A stretch of DNA of 64,000 nt from Eledone cirrhosa. Lineage: Eukaryota. The stretch covers positions 285,758,001 through 285,822,000 of the forward strand of contig OZ024742.1 of the NCBI GenBank assembly GCA_964016885.1. Direction: 5' to 3'. Of the stretch, positions 13,657-28,315 are shown piece by piece. Position numbers and translations under genes: made by a program. The notes under the pieces are model-generated. The model was given only the letters and a program-made list of their open reading frames with translations, did no database searches and was not told the DNA's origin. Numbering within the stretch: the stretch's first letter is position 1; the number at the start of each line of letters is the position of its first letter.

Positions 13657-16595
13657 ACACACACACACACACACACACACTAATAACACACAAAACACTA
13701 ATAGCACACACGCACACAACACTAATAACACACACACACACATACATACACACAAAACTAATAACACACACACACACATACGCAGACAAAAATAACACAC
13801 ACACAACACAAATAACACACACACAACATTAATAACACACACACACACACACACACAAAACACTAATAACACAGACACAACACTAATAACACAGACACAA
13901 CACTAATAACACACACGCACAACACTAATAACACTAATAACACACACACACACAACACTAATAACACACACACGCACAACACTAATAACACACATACACA
14001 CAACACTAATAAAACACACACACACACAACACTAATAACACACATACACACAACACTAATAAAACACACACACACACAACACTAATAACACACACTCACT
14101 CAACACTAATAACACACACACACACAACACTAATAACACACACACACACCAAACACTAATAATACACATACACACAACACTAATAACACACACACACAAC
14201 ACTAATAACACACACACACAACACTAACAACACACACAACACTAACAACACACACACAAACAACACTAATAACACACATACACACACAACACTAACAACA
14301 CACACTCACAACACTAATAACACACACACACACACACAACAGTAATAACAGACACACACGCAACACAAATAACACACACACACACAACACTAGTAACACC
14401 CACACACCCACGCAACACTAATAACAGACACACACACACACACAACACTAATAACCACACACAACACTAATAACACACACACAACACAAAAAACACACAC
14501 ACACGCACACATTCTAATAACACACACACACAACACTAATAAAACACACACATACACAACACTAATAACACACACAACACTAATAACACACAAACAACAC
14601 TAATAACACACACACACAACACTAATAACACACAAACACACACACAACACTAATAAAACACACACAACACTAATAACACACACACACAACACTAATAACA
14701 CACACATACACACACAACACTAATAACACACACACTACACTAATAACACACACACACAACACTAATAACTCACACACACAACACTAATATCACACACACA
14801 CACAACACTAAAAACACACAAACACACAACACTAATAACACACACACAACACTAATAACACACGCACAACACCAATAACACACACACACACAACATTAAT
14901 AACACACACACACACACATAACACTAATAACACACACAACACTAATAAAACACACACACACAACACTAATAACACACACAACACTAATAAGACACACACA
15001 CACAACACTAATAGCACACACACAACACCAATAACACACACACAACACTAATAACACACGCACAACACTAATGACACACACACACACAACACTAATAACA
15101 CACACACACAACACTAATAACACAAACACAACACTAACACACACACACAACACTAATAACACACACAATACTAATAGTACACACACACACAACACCAATA
15201 ACACACACACACACAACATTAATAACACACACACACATAACACTAATAACACACACACACAACACTAATAACACACACAACACTAATAAAACACACACAC
15301 ACAACACTAATAACACACACACAGCAGTAATAACACACATACAACACTAATAACACACACACAGCACTAATATGACGCACACAACACTAATGAAATACAC
15401 ACACACACAACACTAATAACACACACACATACACAACACTAATAACACACACACACACAACACTAATAACACACACACAACACTAATAACACATAACCCA
15501 CACAACACTAATAACTCACACACAACACTAATAACACACACACACACAACACTAATAACACACACACAACACTAATAACACACACAACACTAATAAGGCA
15601 CACGCAACACTAATAACAGACACACAACACTAATAACAGACACACAAAACTAATAACACACAAAAAACACTAATAACACACACACATCACTAATAACACA
15701 CACACAACACTAATAACACACACACACACACAACACTAATAACACACACACATACACAACACTAATAACACACACACACAACACTAATAACACACACACA
15801 ACACTAATAACACATACACACACACAACAATAATATCTCACACACAACACTAATAACACACACACACAACACTAATAACAGACACACAACACTAATAACA
15901 CACACAACACTAATAAGGCACACACAACACTAATAACAGACACACAACACTAATACCAGACACACAACACTAATAACAGACACACAAAACTAATAACACA
16001 CACAAAACACTAATAACACACACACATCAATAATAACACACACACAACACTAATAACACACACACAACACTAATAACACACACACTACATTAATAACACA
16101 CACACAACACTAATAACAGACACACAACACTAAAAACACACACACACACAACACTAATAACACACACACGACACTAATAACAGACACACAACACTAATAA
16201 CACACACACACAACACTAATAACACACACACAACACTAATAACACACACACACAACACTAATAACAGACACACAACACTAATAACACACACACACAACAC
16301 TAATAATGCACACACAACACTAATAACAGACACACAACACTAATAACAGACACACAACACTAATAACAGACACATAACACTAATAACACACACACACACA
16401 CACACACACAACACTAATAACACACACACAAACATTAACAACAGACACTCAACACTAATAACACACACAAAACACTAATAACACACACACAACACTAATA
16501 ACACACACACACACAACACTAATAACACACACACACACAACACTAATTACACACACACACACACACACAACACTAATAACACACACACTCACACA
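13657..16595. repeat. Minisatellite, unit aacactaata(ac)n of ~18-26 bp
   Basis: More than 100 copies of aacactaataac separated by variable (CA)n. Confidence 0.95.
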
Positions 16596-16769
16596 CCAAA
16601 TACCCGGATATGACCGATCGCTTCCTTTTGTATTCGTTGCCATAGCGACCTCTTGTGTTCTCCGTCCCCGGATTGATGTATCCCTCCGCAAAAGGCATTT
16701 GAAAAGACCCCCCACCCACCCACCCACACCTGTGAGTTTGAATGGCTGAGGCAGTGGGTGTCGCTGGCT

Positions 16770-17182
16770 GCTCCCCGCGGCAAAACCAACCGGTGTAGGA
16801 GACCCCGGGCTTCACCATGATCAAGGTGGTTGGATAACACCCATGAACTTGGTTGGTCTTGCTTGGGGTTCCAGCTACATCATTTGGAGACTGTGGCTTC
16901 TGGCAGGACTCGCCGAAAGGTATGTCTGAGGACTCTACCTCCACGACCCTCCCACCAATATGTGGAAGAAGAAGAAGAAGAAGAAGAAGAAGAAGAAGAA
17001 GAAGAAGAAGAAGAAGAAGAAGAAGAAGAATGCGAAGAAGAAGAAGAAGAAGAAGAAGAAGAAGAAGAAGAAGAAGAAGAAGAAGAAGAAGAAGAAGAAG
17101 AAGAAGAAGAAGAAGAAGAAGAAGAAGAAGAAGAAGAAGAAGAAGAAGAAGAAGAAGAAGAAGAAGAAGAAGAAGAAGAAGA
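16770..17182 (+). mobile_element. RTE-clade LINE 3' end with long (GAA)n tail
   Basis: Decayed peptide RWLDNTHELGWSCLG..LETVAS..LPPRPS, homologous to 26390 (-) and 46770-46925. (GAA)n spans 16965-17182. Confidence 0.75.
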
Positions 17183-17254
17183 TAGAGCAAGCTATATCTA
17201 TAACTATTAAGTACGGTGGCAATTACTTTTAAATGCATCTCAATATTTAAATCA

Positions 17255-17400
17255 GGCGGCGAATTGGCAGAGTCGTTAGAACGTCAGATAGAATGCCCTG
17301 CGGTATTCGTTTCGGCTTTCTACTCTCTGAGTTCAAATCCCACCGAGATCAACTTGGTCTTTCACTTTTTGAGGCCGATAAAAAAAGAGTACTAGCCTTA
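17255..17400 (+). mobile_element. tRNA-derived SINE (family 1)
   Basis: ggcggcgaattggcagagtcgttag...gagttcaaatccc... Confidence 0.7.
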
Positions 17401-17943
17401 TATATAATATCTCTCTCTCGCTCTCTCCTCACTTTCTATCCTTCTCTGTAAGAAAACGTCGTATGTCAATATGGCGTCCCTAGGACTCCACCAGTTGTTA
17501 CGGGACCATACCATATTTAAATCCCATCAAACACCCTATTCGATTCTACAAAAAGAAATCAAAAGTAAAAATCTGAAGTTGAAAGAGAGAAATGTGATGT
17601 AAGGTTATTAGGAAAGAAGTGAATGTAAAATAGAGAAAAATATGAAGACAGGAGGTGAGCCAATATGTTTGTGATATATGTTTATATACCACATTTTGAG
17701 ACAGAGGTACTCTCAGATCCCAAATAATAGGGTGTTGTTGGAATCAGCGGGGGTTGGAATAAACAGAGGCAGTTGGAACAAGTGGTGGCTTGGGATAAAC
17801 AGGGGTAGTTGGAATATTGGTAATTTTTCTAGGTTGTCTCCGTTGATTTTTTAAAAATCAGAATTAATCGTTTAGTTTACATATTCGGTTCCCAACTACG
17901 TGGAGGAACATTTATCATCGTAACTGACAGGGGTACGACCCTA

Positions 17944-18450
17944 CCTGGCAGTATCGGTAGAGGGTCGGACGCCATGCTTTGTAGCATAGAGTTACGCCCC
18001 TTTACGGTTTGAGTTCAAATCCCACCGGGTCGATAAAATAAAGGACCAGTAATGCACTGGGATAATTGCTGCCCTTGTGCCAAAAATAGAAACAATTATT
18101 TATAGTAATTAAAGGGCTTTGGATTGGCAATAAACGGTAGAGCGTCGCATAATATGCTTTGCGGCATATAGTTACGGCCCTTTACGTTCTGAGTACAAAT
18201 CTCGCCGAGGTTAGCTTTACCTTTCATCCTTATGGGGTCGATACAATAAAGTACCTATGGGGGTTCATTTAATCGACTTTTCCCTTCCCCCAAAATTGAT
18301 GTTGGCCTTGTGCCTAAATCAGAAGGCCTAGTGGTAAGGGTGTTTGACTTACGATCATAATGTTGTGGGTTCGATTCTGGGGTTGCGTGTTGTGTTCTTG
18401 AGCAAAACACTTCATTTCACGTTGCTCCAGTATACTCAGCTGTAAATGAG
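17944..18450 (+). mobile_element. Cluster of three SINEs (two family 1, one family 2)
   Basis: Heads at 17944, 18115 and 18325 with A/B boxes and family cores. Confidence 0.75.
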
Positions 18451-18870
18451 AACTCGGTTGTTGAGAGTTAAGTGTTTATGGACAGAAATCAGTGTTGATG
18501 ACGCTATAGAAACCTTCAATTTCTTGGCTACTGGTCCAGAAGCCTGTCCACTTCACTATCTCAAGATATCTATAATCTCATATATTTAAATAAGAAAAAA
18601 AAGCCAAAAAAGCAACAGCAATAAATATATAACAAGGTGTGAAAGGAAATGTATTATAAAAGCGCATGAATGAGGAAGTAATATTGTGAAATCTTTCAAA
18701 TATCCTTGGCCTACATATATGAAATTATACACTACTCCACTACAGTCATACAGACACAATTATATTATCCACGGATATGGATAAAGAGGGGTGTGTCCTT
18801 CACTAATGTACTGATGGCGATTCTGTGCATGATACTGCGTATGTATATCTGTACAGTTATATATATACAG

Positions 18871-18942
<72 letters not shown>

Positions 18943-19750
18943 CTCTTTCACCTACTTTCTCTCCTTTTCTATTCACATCTCTCTCTCTACACACAACCAT
19001 ATATACACATACACACGCACACACATATATATATACACTTACACACATACACCATATATATGGTGTGTGTGTGTGTGGTGTATGTGTGGTGTATGTGTGC
19101 CTATATATATATGTGTGTGTGTGTATGTGTGCCTATATATATATACATATACATATATATATATATATATAGGCACACATACACACACACACATACATAT
19201 ATTCACATATATAAGTTACATACGTTGACAAGGGACTCCAGAGTCACTAAATCCACATACTTTCTTCACTTGATGTATCACCTTACATTAAATATGGTTT
19301 CTTTCCGTTCCTAACGGAATAATATACAGGGATTATATATTCATTTACCTTTTTCGTTCTTTTGATTGGGGCCATGTTGGAGTACCGTCTTATTTTTATT
19401 AAGTAGATCACCAGTACTTTTATCCAAGTCTGGCACTGCTTTTATTGTTCTACTTTTGCATTAAAATCAGTAAACTACACATTCACACAGATAGACAGAC
19501 AGAGAGAGAACAAAAAAGAAGAAAGAGCCGTCTACCGAATCTAGCTCGAAAAACATTGGTCAAACTGAGGCTATAGTAAAAGACACTTGGACAAGGTACT
19601 ATCCAGGGGGACTGAAACCGAAACCATGTGCTGACACACAAATACTCCCACAGATATATATGAAGTGTTAGAAACGTTGACTCTAATATATTTCTTCACT
19701 GTACTGTGTCGTTTGCTTTGTTGTTTCTCTTTAATCTCTCTCTCTCTCTC

Positions 19751-19826
<76 letters not shown>

Positions 19827-19835
19827 AATATATAT

Positions 19836-20021
19836 AAAACAAAGGTAGTCACTGATGAGGTGACAGAATGTGTGACGAAAATGCTTTGACAATCAACAAA
19901 TCTACAACCAAACGGTTATTAATCTAACCGACAGAGAGTTTAGAATAATAATAAATTGAAGTGAAAACCAACAGATGCGGGTTTTTTTTATTGGCAGTAT
20001 GACCCTCCCAAAGTATAACAA
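19836..20021 (+). mobile_element. Solo pLTR of a Penelope-like element with HHR (19848-19890)
   Basis: gtca CTGATGA g gtgaca-gaatg-tgtgac GAAA atgc TT tgac. Homologous to 4395-4553 and to the 63600 end (atgaccctcc..aagtataac). Confidence 0.8.
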
Positions 20022-21487
20022 TATATATATATATATATAACCGCATTCTTTGGCTCAGTGTTATACCCGCTCCATCACAATCTTCACTATAAGCTAGCTG
20101 GTTGCACGGGGAACTCTCTCGGACAGTGTTTATCAGCGGTGTTAGACGTATTGTGTTCACAGCATGTTCTTTTATCCATAATTAGCTTTCCGGTTATTTA
20201 CATTTAGTCTGACTCAGTAGCTCTGTTGGGGTTGGAATAGACTCGTTTTCGTGGCGGCACTTTGAAATTAGATCTGATATGTTTTATAAAGTGTCTGTTG
20301 TTTTGAACAAGAATATTTATTCGTTGCTTAAGTGCAGTATAGATTAGGCTGATATTAACATTTTCAATATTTTAATCTAGAAACATGTGTAAAACTCAAA
20401 TTTATACATAATATAAAACCGTCTTTTTTTCATTTCTGTAAACGACGAAGCTTTTTGAGTAATCCAACGCAAATAAAATATCCCAGACTTAATATTTTTC
20501 CATCATATCTAGTTTCCACCAGAGACCAATAGATTCCGTTCGTGAGGAGAAACAAAACCCCACAAGTCTTACCATGGATAATAGTATAAAACTACTCTTA
20601 TTTGGACTGTTCCTTTGTTTTGCCATTTTTATGCTATTTTCGGGTTTACTTCCCAAGAATTCAACCTAGATCACACACAGAATAACGTTTGGACTGACTA
20701 CACAATATTTAACAATTAAATACTTGTATTTATTTTAAAAAAAAATGGAAAATATAGCTATCGTTTCTCATCAGCGAATTTTTACTAACAATAAAACTCA
20801 CATTTCGTGGGGTTTAAAAAAAAATAAAACAACCATTTCTCTTTCACACACATCTCTATCTCTATCTCTTAAACACACATACACACATCGCATTCTCTCT
20901 ATCATTTTCATTGCTTCTCTTCCTTTCTCTTCCTTTTCCCCCACCACTCTCACTTTTGTAAATATAAGTATTGTTTTATAAACGGTCAAGTTTATAAAAC
21001 AATACTTATTCAATATATCAGAGATAATGGTAGGAAATGTTTGAATGGTGACCACCTACTTCCGACCACTCCATCAAATACAATTTAGTTGGCTGAAAAT
21101 TATGTTTTGACAGTAACACAGATAACTCTCTCTCTCTCTCACACACACACACAAACATTTCCTTTGTTCAATCTCTAGACAAAATCCAATATCTCTTTAT
21201 TTGTCTAAACTATTTTTGTGGGTTTTATTTTTATCTTTTTTGTCTTTTCTGTCTCTGAATCTTATCTATTCATAATGAAGATTATATCAGTAAAAAATAG
21301 AAAGATCTCGAAATACTGTAAGTAAACATCTTGGCTTTTAACATATTTAACACAAGGAGCTAACTAGAAATAATACATATATGGCGAAAAACAAAATCAT
21401 ACTAGAAAATGATGAAAATAATCTGCTTTGGTAATATATAATCAATGAAACCTTAGATATTAGGATTCAGTTTAAACACCACTTGAT

Positions 21488-21770
21488 GGAGGTGTGTGGC
21501 CTAGTGGTAAGAGTGTTGGACTTACGATCATAATGTCGTGGGTTCGGTACTTGGACTGGGTTGTGTGTTGTGTTCTTGAGCAAAACACTTCATTTAATGT
21601 TGTTCCAGTATACTCAGCTGAAAATGAGTACCAGCAATAGCTGGGTGTTTAATCCTGTAATGGACTGGTGTCCTGCCCAACGGACGGGAGTCTTGTACTC
21701 TCAGTCACTTCACGCCATAGAAACTGGGATAAGCACCGGTCTCATGAGCTCCCGGGCTCGAGACAGACTT
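21488..21770 (+). mobile_element. tRNA-derived SINE (family 2), near full length
   Basis: A box tggcctagtgg, B box-like ggttcggtac and core tgtgttcttgagcaaaacactt...cagtatactcagctg. Confidence 0.8.
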
Positions 21771-22921
21771 TAGACTTTAACAACATTTGTCTCATATCTT
21801 ATATATTTTATTCTTTGTTCGGAAAAAATATATATCTAATGAAAGGATCTTTCGTGTCCTTTGCAAAACATCGGATAAATATTGCTTTATAGACCCGGTG
21901 AATAGAATGGAAAATACGTGACCCCATTGCCCTATTAAAATGGAATTGCCTAAAGAATAACTAAAGCATGGATGCCATCCACACGATAAATAATAGTTAA
22001 GGTCGTGTTTAATGCAAGGTGCATTAAAAACCTAACTATAGATTAGTTTGACTCTAAAACTTCAAGCCTCTCACTTTTAGTATTGGAAGGTGAACAATTC
22101 CTGTCATTTACCAGGTTTAACACAATGTCTTGGACTTTAGCAAAGCTTGCTTTACTGAAAGTATTTGTTCAAAGCCTGTTTTTGAGAATATTTTTGTCCC
22201 TCAGCCGACTACCTCAATATATTCACATCATTAAGCTGGGGGCAACCCGTAAAGGTCATGGACACTATATGACTAAATAATTTATAGACAAAAACAACAG
22301 TTGAGAACACAGCGTGTTGGTCACTATGATCTGTGTATGCCAAACCCCATTCAAAAGTACTCTTGCACTCTGTCTATAGAAAAAAAAAGAATCAACAAAA
22401 CACAACAAATCAACATAAAAACAACAAAACCCGGCGTACTTTTCCATTACCTAGATAGTCACGCTGTAAACATCATTGGAAAATACACCCAATGTGTTTT
22501 GGCAGCGTGAGAACTGGAACTACTGTTTTGTGACCTTGCTCGGCTTATTTAAAATACTACTTGGTTAGAGGATTGTCCCGATATATGTATTAAATATTCT
22601 TATTTTCTCCCAATTGTATAATCTACTACAGCTACCGTACTGTATACAAAAGGTTAGTATTTAAAAGCCGTGAGATTTAATTGACTTAATTGATCTCGCT
22701 ATATTAGTTATTGGTTTCGGAATCGAAAAGAAAACCCACATGACTGGTATTTGAACTCATAACCTAACCTGAAGTAATTAACTGTAGTAAACAAATAAAT
22801 TCAGTGAAACACATCAATGTTTAAGCGAGTTTTCTACACTATGTATGTTTGTGTGTGTATGTATGTGTGTATGTGTGTGTATGTGTATGTGTATATGTGT
22901 GTATGTATGTACATATGTGTG

Positions 22922-23665
22922 TGTGGCCTTTTTCCTCTGGTCAGTTCTCCATAAAAATAACTGTTTAGGCAGCCTGCTATCTTCCATCCTGACCGAATGA
23001 CCAGCCCAACGCATCTGGTTCATAATAATCCTCCTCTCAATACTGGTGCTACCCGCTTTCTCAGAGGCAAAAGGCCACAGCATAAACCAAAGAAGCGGTT
23101 TAAGGATGTCATAAAAGACAATCTTAAAGCTCCGAAGATTGGTATGGAGAATTGGGAGAGACCGGCTGAAGGCCGTAAATCATGGAGAAAGATCATTAGA
23201 TATGGATGTGATGTCTTTGAGGAAAAGCGAGTGGAGCTTGTTGTTTTGAAGCGTTCACTTCATAAGCGGGACTCAAGTGCAGTGCCTGCAAAAATTCAGC
23301 AGGAACTGAGGTGTAATGTATATGGCTGATTTCTTCTAACAAGAGCTGGATATGTCAGCCATCTGAAATCACATGAGTTGGGGAGAAATCGAGCCAACTG
23401 TGAACTGGTCCTACTACCACACACTACACGTTACATCTGCAGTGAGTGTGGCTTAATTTGCAAGTCAACAGGTGGACTGACCAGACATTGTAGAATGCAT
23501 GAAGACACACCGCAGCCAGTTTTGCCAGGAAACAGAGAGTTCAAGTGTCACATCTGTGATCATACCTGCAAATCAAAAAGGGGTTTGAAAGGTCACTTGC
23601 GTGCACATGATCGTGCAATGTTCAATGAAAGGATGGCACTCTCTGACAAGAAGTAATAATCAGCA
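22922..23665 (+). mobile_element. RTE (BovB-like) LINE 3' end with 5' inversion and three C-terminal C2H2 zinc fingers
   Basis: Minus 22922-23060 gives QMRWAGHSVRMEDSRLPKQLF. Plus from 23062 gives RGKRPQHKPKKRFKD..WE..W, then CNVYG*..HLKSH, CSEC..HCRMH and CHIC..HLRAH. Confidence 0.85.
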
Positions 23666-24349
23666 TGTATGTAGCTGTAAACTTAAATGTCCGGGTGGGA
23701 ACAGCATATTTCCTCTAGAAAAGGAGAAAGAATGATAGAGAAAAGAAGTGAGAAAGAGATATAAAGTAAAAATTGACTCCTGTACTAAACTAGTACTTTA
23801 TTTCTCGATTTGCAAAGGGTTAAAGGCAAAGTTGACCTTGGTGGGATTTGAACTCAGAGCACAGAGAGCCGGAAAAGAATACCGCAAAGCATTCTATCTG
23901 ACAGTACATCGCCTCATACTATATAAGTATCAAAGTTGATAAGTAGTGAATATATGTCTTTATCTTTAAGTCTGTATACGTGTATTTCCGTGACAGTGTT
24001 TCTGTATATCTCTGTGTGTGTGTATATCTGTCTATGTCCGTGACAGTGTTTCTGCGTATATCAGTGTGTGTGTGTGTGTGTATATCTGTGACCATGTGTA
24101 TGTGTAATCTGTGCATGTCCGTGACCGTGTTTCAGTATGTGTGTGTGTGTGTATTTTTGTGTATGTATATATCTGTGTATGTCCGTGACCGTGTTTCAGT
24201 ATGTGTGTGTGTGTCAGTGTGTGTGTGTATTTTTGTGTATGTATATATCTGTGTATGTCCGTGACCGTGTTTCTCGGTGTACGTCCGTAACAGTGACTCT
24301 CTGTGTGTGTACCTGCGTTTCTGTCTGTATGTGTGTATCGGTGATCGTG

Positions 24350-24388
<39 letters not shown>

Positions 24389-24759
24389 CTCTGTGTATAT
24401 CAGTATATGACCATGACCGTGTTTCTCTATCTGTATGTTAATATATTAATATTTAGGTAAGTAGGTCATTAGGTCAGAATGGTGTGGGAACTTTAGAAAT
24501 TATCCTTAACATCTACAAACGCTAAGTCTTGGAGTGTGAGAGTTTCTTCCGAGCTCGCTGGAGATTTTCAAATATATCTGGACAGTCTCTTGTCCTTTCT
24601 ATCATGGCAGACACTCTATATAGCCTCTTACGACGTGACCAATTCTGATAAGGAGGATGTATATCTATGGGGGAGGGGAAGACATACAGAGACACAGTGA
24701 GAGTGGGGTGTGTGAAAGAATCGACCCCAGTGGAATCAATTCGAGTGGTACTTTATTTA

Positions 24760-24957
24760 TGAGGGTCGGCTGAAAATTTCATCGGCTGACTAGGAAGGAG
24801 CGATGCTAGAGCTGTGAAATATTGCATCCATTAATTTCAACTCCTCTTATTAATAAGTGCATTGTTTCTTTCCAGGGACTATGTTTAAAAATATACATCA
24901 GTTGGTCATTGCATGAGAGTATCTTGGTCAGCCTTTGAACTTTTCAGCCGACCCTCG
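24760..24957. mobile_element. Mariner/Tc1-type MITE (~198 bp)
   Basis: ~30-bp TIRs gagggtcggctgaaaatttcatcggctgac / gtcagcctttgaacttttcagccgaccctc in a TA-type target. Confidence 0.8.
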
Positions 24958-24975
24958 TGTGTGCGTGTGTATGTG

Positions 24976-25053
<78 letters not shown>

Positions 25054-25212
25054 GGGAAAACTCATCGCTAGAACAGCCGTTAAAACAGCTAAGTGCTGTC
25101 AAAGACAGCAATGGGCAAAAATGCCCCAGAGGACAGCGGCCAGTGGTCAACAGAGAGACAATCCACAAGATGGGTGACAAGCAGATGAAATATAGAAAAG
25201 ATTGGATATACA

Positions 25213-25411
25213 CGAGCGTGGACTGAAAAGTTCATAGGCTGACTATGAAGGAGTGATGCTAGAGCTGTGAAATCTTGCATGCATTAATCTCGACTTTTCT
25301 TATTAATAAGTGCATTGTTTCTTTCCAAGGTCTATGTTGAAAAATAAACCTCCTTTAGTCATTACATGAGAGTATCTTGGTCCACCTATGAACTTTTCAG
25401 CCAAACCCTCG
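25213..25411. mobile_element. Mariner/Tc1-type MITE, second copy
   Basis: Same TIRs and body as 24760. Confidence 0.8.
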
Positions 25412-26384
25412 CTTCAACCCCGAAAATTTCCGTAGATAGAATGTGATCGCAGTACTCAGAAAACTATTACAAATGGCGCAAGGCGTTCTATGGAACGCTC
25501 TAACGATTCTACTAATTTGCTACCTCTTAAAAAGATTATATATGATCTTATAAGTTATATAGGAACCATAAAAGATAATTTGACGTTGAAGTAAAACAAA
25601 ACACAGAATACACGTGTATCTCAATAACAATAACATCTATTCAAACATTTAGCACATTGCGACACTGTCAAAACATATAGCATCCGCCGGGGCTGTGGGT
25701 GGCCCCCATCGCGTACCGTTGTAGTTGTTGTATACGGATATTAACTCATTACAAACGTTATGGAATTGACGTATTAGAGTCATTGTTAGACTAATTACCA
25801 TATTAGAAATGCTGGAGCTGGACTATATTGTTTACAGAAGAATATATAGTTTTCTTCGTCTATGTTTTAAGTTTAATCATACTGTGTTCAAATTTACATT
25901 TCAACTCTTCGGGGTTTAAAGAATATATAAGTACTAACCTTCTCGTAGATTTCATATAAGCCAAACATTCACTCTTCCAAGATGATGGACTGACGGAACT
26001 GTTAGAGCGCTTGTGATATTTATTCCGGTTCTTGGTGTTCTGAGTTCATATCATGCCACGGCCATCTTTGTCTTTCATCTTTCTGGGGTTGATAGATAAA
26101 GTTGCAGTATAGGGTGGTCATCTGCATGAATCGCCAGAGAACTTTGTGATATTTCTTCCCGCTCATTGCGCTCTGATTTCAAATACCCCGTAACCTACAT
26201 GAGTGAGAGACTTAATCTGCCGCCTGGTTTAACACCACCACCTGGTCCCTGGGTACCTTTAGTGGAGTCCTGTCTGTTGCAAGCATCCAGACTCTATCAC
26301 TGGTCTGAAGATAACTTCTTTCCTCCCGTCACAGAAGCCACAGAACGAAATCATGGACACATCCCATCCACCCAAGCGAGACCA

Positions 26385-26680
26385 GCCTAGCTTATGGATG
26401 TTATCCAACCATATTGCTCGGAGTCTTCCCCTGGGTATTCTGCCAATTGGTTTTGCTTGTAAAATCTGTCCAGCGATTCTTTCCTGAGACATTCTAACCA
26501 TATGCCCATAGTATGGGAGCTGTGATCTCTCATTCAGAGAAGTAGTGGCTCTACCTGAAGTAACTCTCTGATCTCCAAACTACACACGCTATCGAGTAAC
26601 GTCACTCCAAAGACCTTTCGAAGGAATCCCATTTCAGCCGCTTGTATTCTGATCGTATTCTTTCGGTCATTACCCAAGTT
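26385..26680 (-). mobile_element. RTE-clade LINE fragment
   Basis: RIQAAEMGFLRKVFGVT..YYGHMVRMSQERIAGQILQAKPIGRIPRGRLRAIWLDNI. Confidence 0.8.
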
Positions 26681-28009
26681 CGATTTAAAAAATAGTCAAT
26701 GATGAATTCTCTGCCGTTCTCAACTATGAACATTTAGTTGTTGAATGAACTACATTCTTATTCATGAAATGAACCAGTAACAGGTTAAGTGCTTCACAGA
26801 CTCGTTAACGTAATTTTCAAAACGAAAAAAAATAAAGGAAAAAAAAGAAAAAAAACCACCACCATCCCCTCCAAAAAACCCGAAAAAAAAACCCAAAAGG
26901 AAAATATTAAATAAGTATAGTTAGGGAAAGAAGGGAGGGAGCACTAGATTCTACACCCCAGTCTAGGTTGTATATCACACCTATATTGGACTGGAAATTG
27001 AAAGGAAGAGGGAAGGCAAAATTAACCTCAGTGAGATTTGAACTCAGAATGCAATGGACCGAAATAAATATCACAAAACATTCTGTCCGATGCTTTACCT
27101 ACTCTAGGTTTTTTAGTTATATATTATAGAAACTACTTGGTTAGACCTTTAATCTTTGAAACCGTGACCTGATTATAATTATATTTCGTAAATAAATCGG
27201 AGGGGATCATGCAATGCCCGTGCACTGATGCACATTGCCTGCGAAACTGGTGAAAGAATGCGGCCAACAAAGTGAACCCTGCTAAATGCATCGCAAAGTC
27301 ATGTGTTGCTGTTAAGCTGGACACCGAGCTTCTGCACAGTTTCCATCTACATAAAGTATAGCTTAGGATTGACTGAAGCTATAATAGAAGACGACAGCTA
27401 ATTGGCAGAGTGATGAGAAAGTCAGATAGAATACATTACGGTATTTTTCCGGCTCTCTGCTCTCTGAGTTCAAATCCCGCCGAGGTCAACTTTGTCTTTC
27501 GTCAGTTCGAGATAAAACATGTACCAGTCTAGTACTGGAGTCGGTTCTTCCTCTATGTCTTTTTCTCGCTTCCATTCTCACTTTCTCTATATATCTCTTG
27601 AAGAAATATGTTGTATTCAGACCTGGAGAGGAGATGGGCTCTGCCAAATTCTAAAATACCCTAGAAACGCTGTATGTCACTACAGCACCCATACGACTCC
27701 CTCATAAGTTACGGGACCATGAGTACATGCATAATAAAAGACACTTGGATGAGGAGCCGCACAGCGAGATCAAACCGGGGAACCGATGGTTGCGAAGCTA
27801 TTTTCTTAACTAAATGGTTTCAAATGATTACATTCGCTTCATTTATTCCACTGTTGTCTGAGAAAAGATGTTCTCCATTTCCCACTTTTTAAAAAATATA
27901 TATATACTTTATATCTTAACAAAAGAAACCTGAGGGATGGGACTCTTACGCTTCCAGTACTCCATATATAAATCCCGTAAACATTATACACATCATTATT
28001 TTTTTAATT

Positions 28010-28315
28010 ACGGTCCTTGCCATTCTGAGTTCAAATCCCGCCGAGGTTAACTTTGCCTTTCATCCTCACGGGCTCGATGAAATAAAGTACCAGTAATGCA
28101 CTGGGTAATTGCTGGCCTTGTGCCAAAAGTAGAAACAATTATTTTTTTAGCGGCATATAGTTACATCCCTTTACATTCTGAGGTCAAATCTCGCCAAAGT
28201 TAGCTTTGCCTTTCATCGTCCCGATGAAATAAAGTACCAGTAACGTACTAGGGGTCGATTTAATCGATTTTCCCATCCCCTAAAATTGTTGGTCTTGTGA
28301 CTAAAGCAGAAACTA
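28010..28315 (+). mobile_element. Two adjacent family 1 SINE fragments
   Basis: gagttcaaatcccgccgaggttaactttgcctttcatcc...gtaccagtaa...ggccttgtgcc, present twice. Confidence 0.75.

Noticed and set aside
16830-17238. Poly-Glu/Arg/Lys/Leu ORFs
   Set aside because: This is the (GAA)n tail of an RTE LINE.
20574-20669. 31-aa hydrophobic ORF MDNSIKLLLFGLFLCFAIFMLFSG (plus) or a possible minus-strand exon ending at ATG|GTAAGA
   Set aside because: It is too short, I recognise no homology and there are no partner exons. Such signals are expected by chance in T-rich DNA.
23378-23656. Host C2H2 zinc-finger gene
   Set aside because: It is continuous with an RTE LINE C-terminus, lacks TGEKP linkers and has an in-frame stop in the preceding finger.
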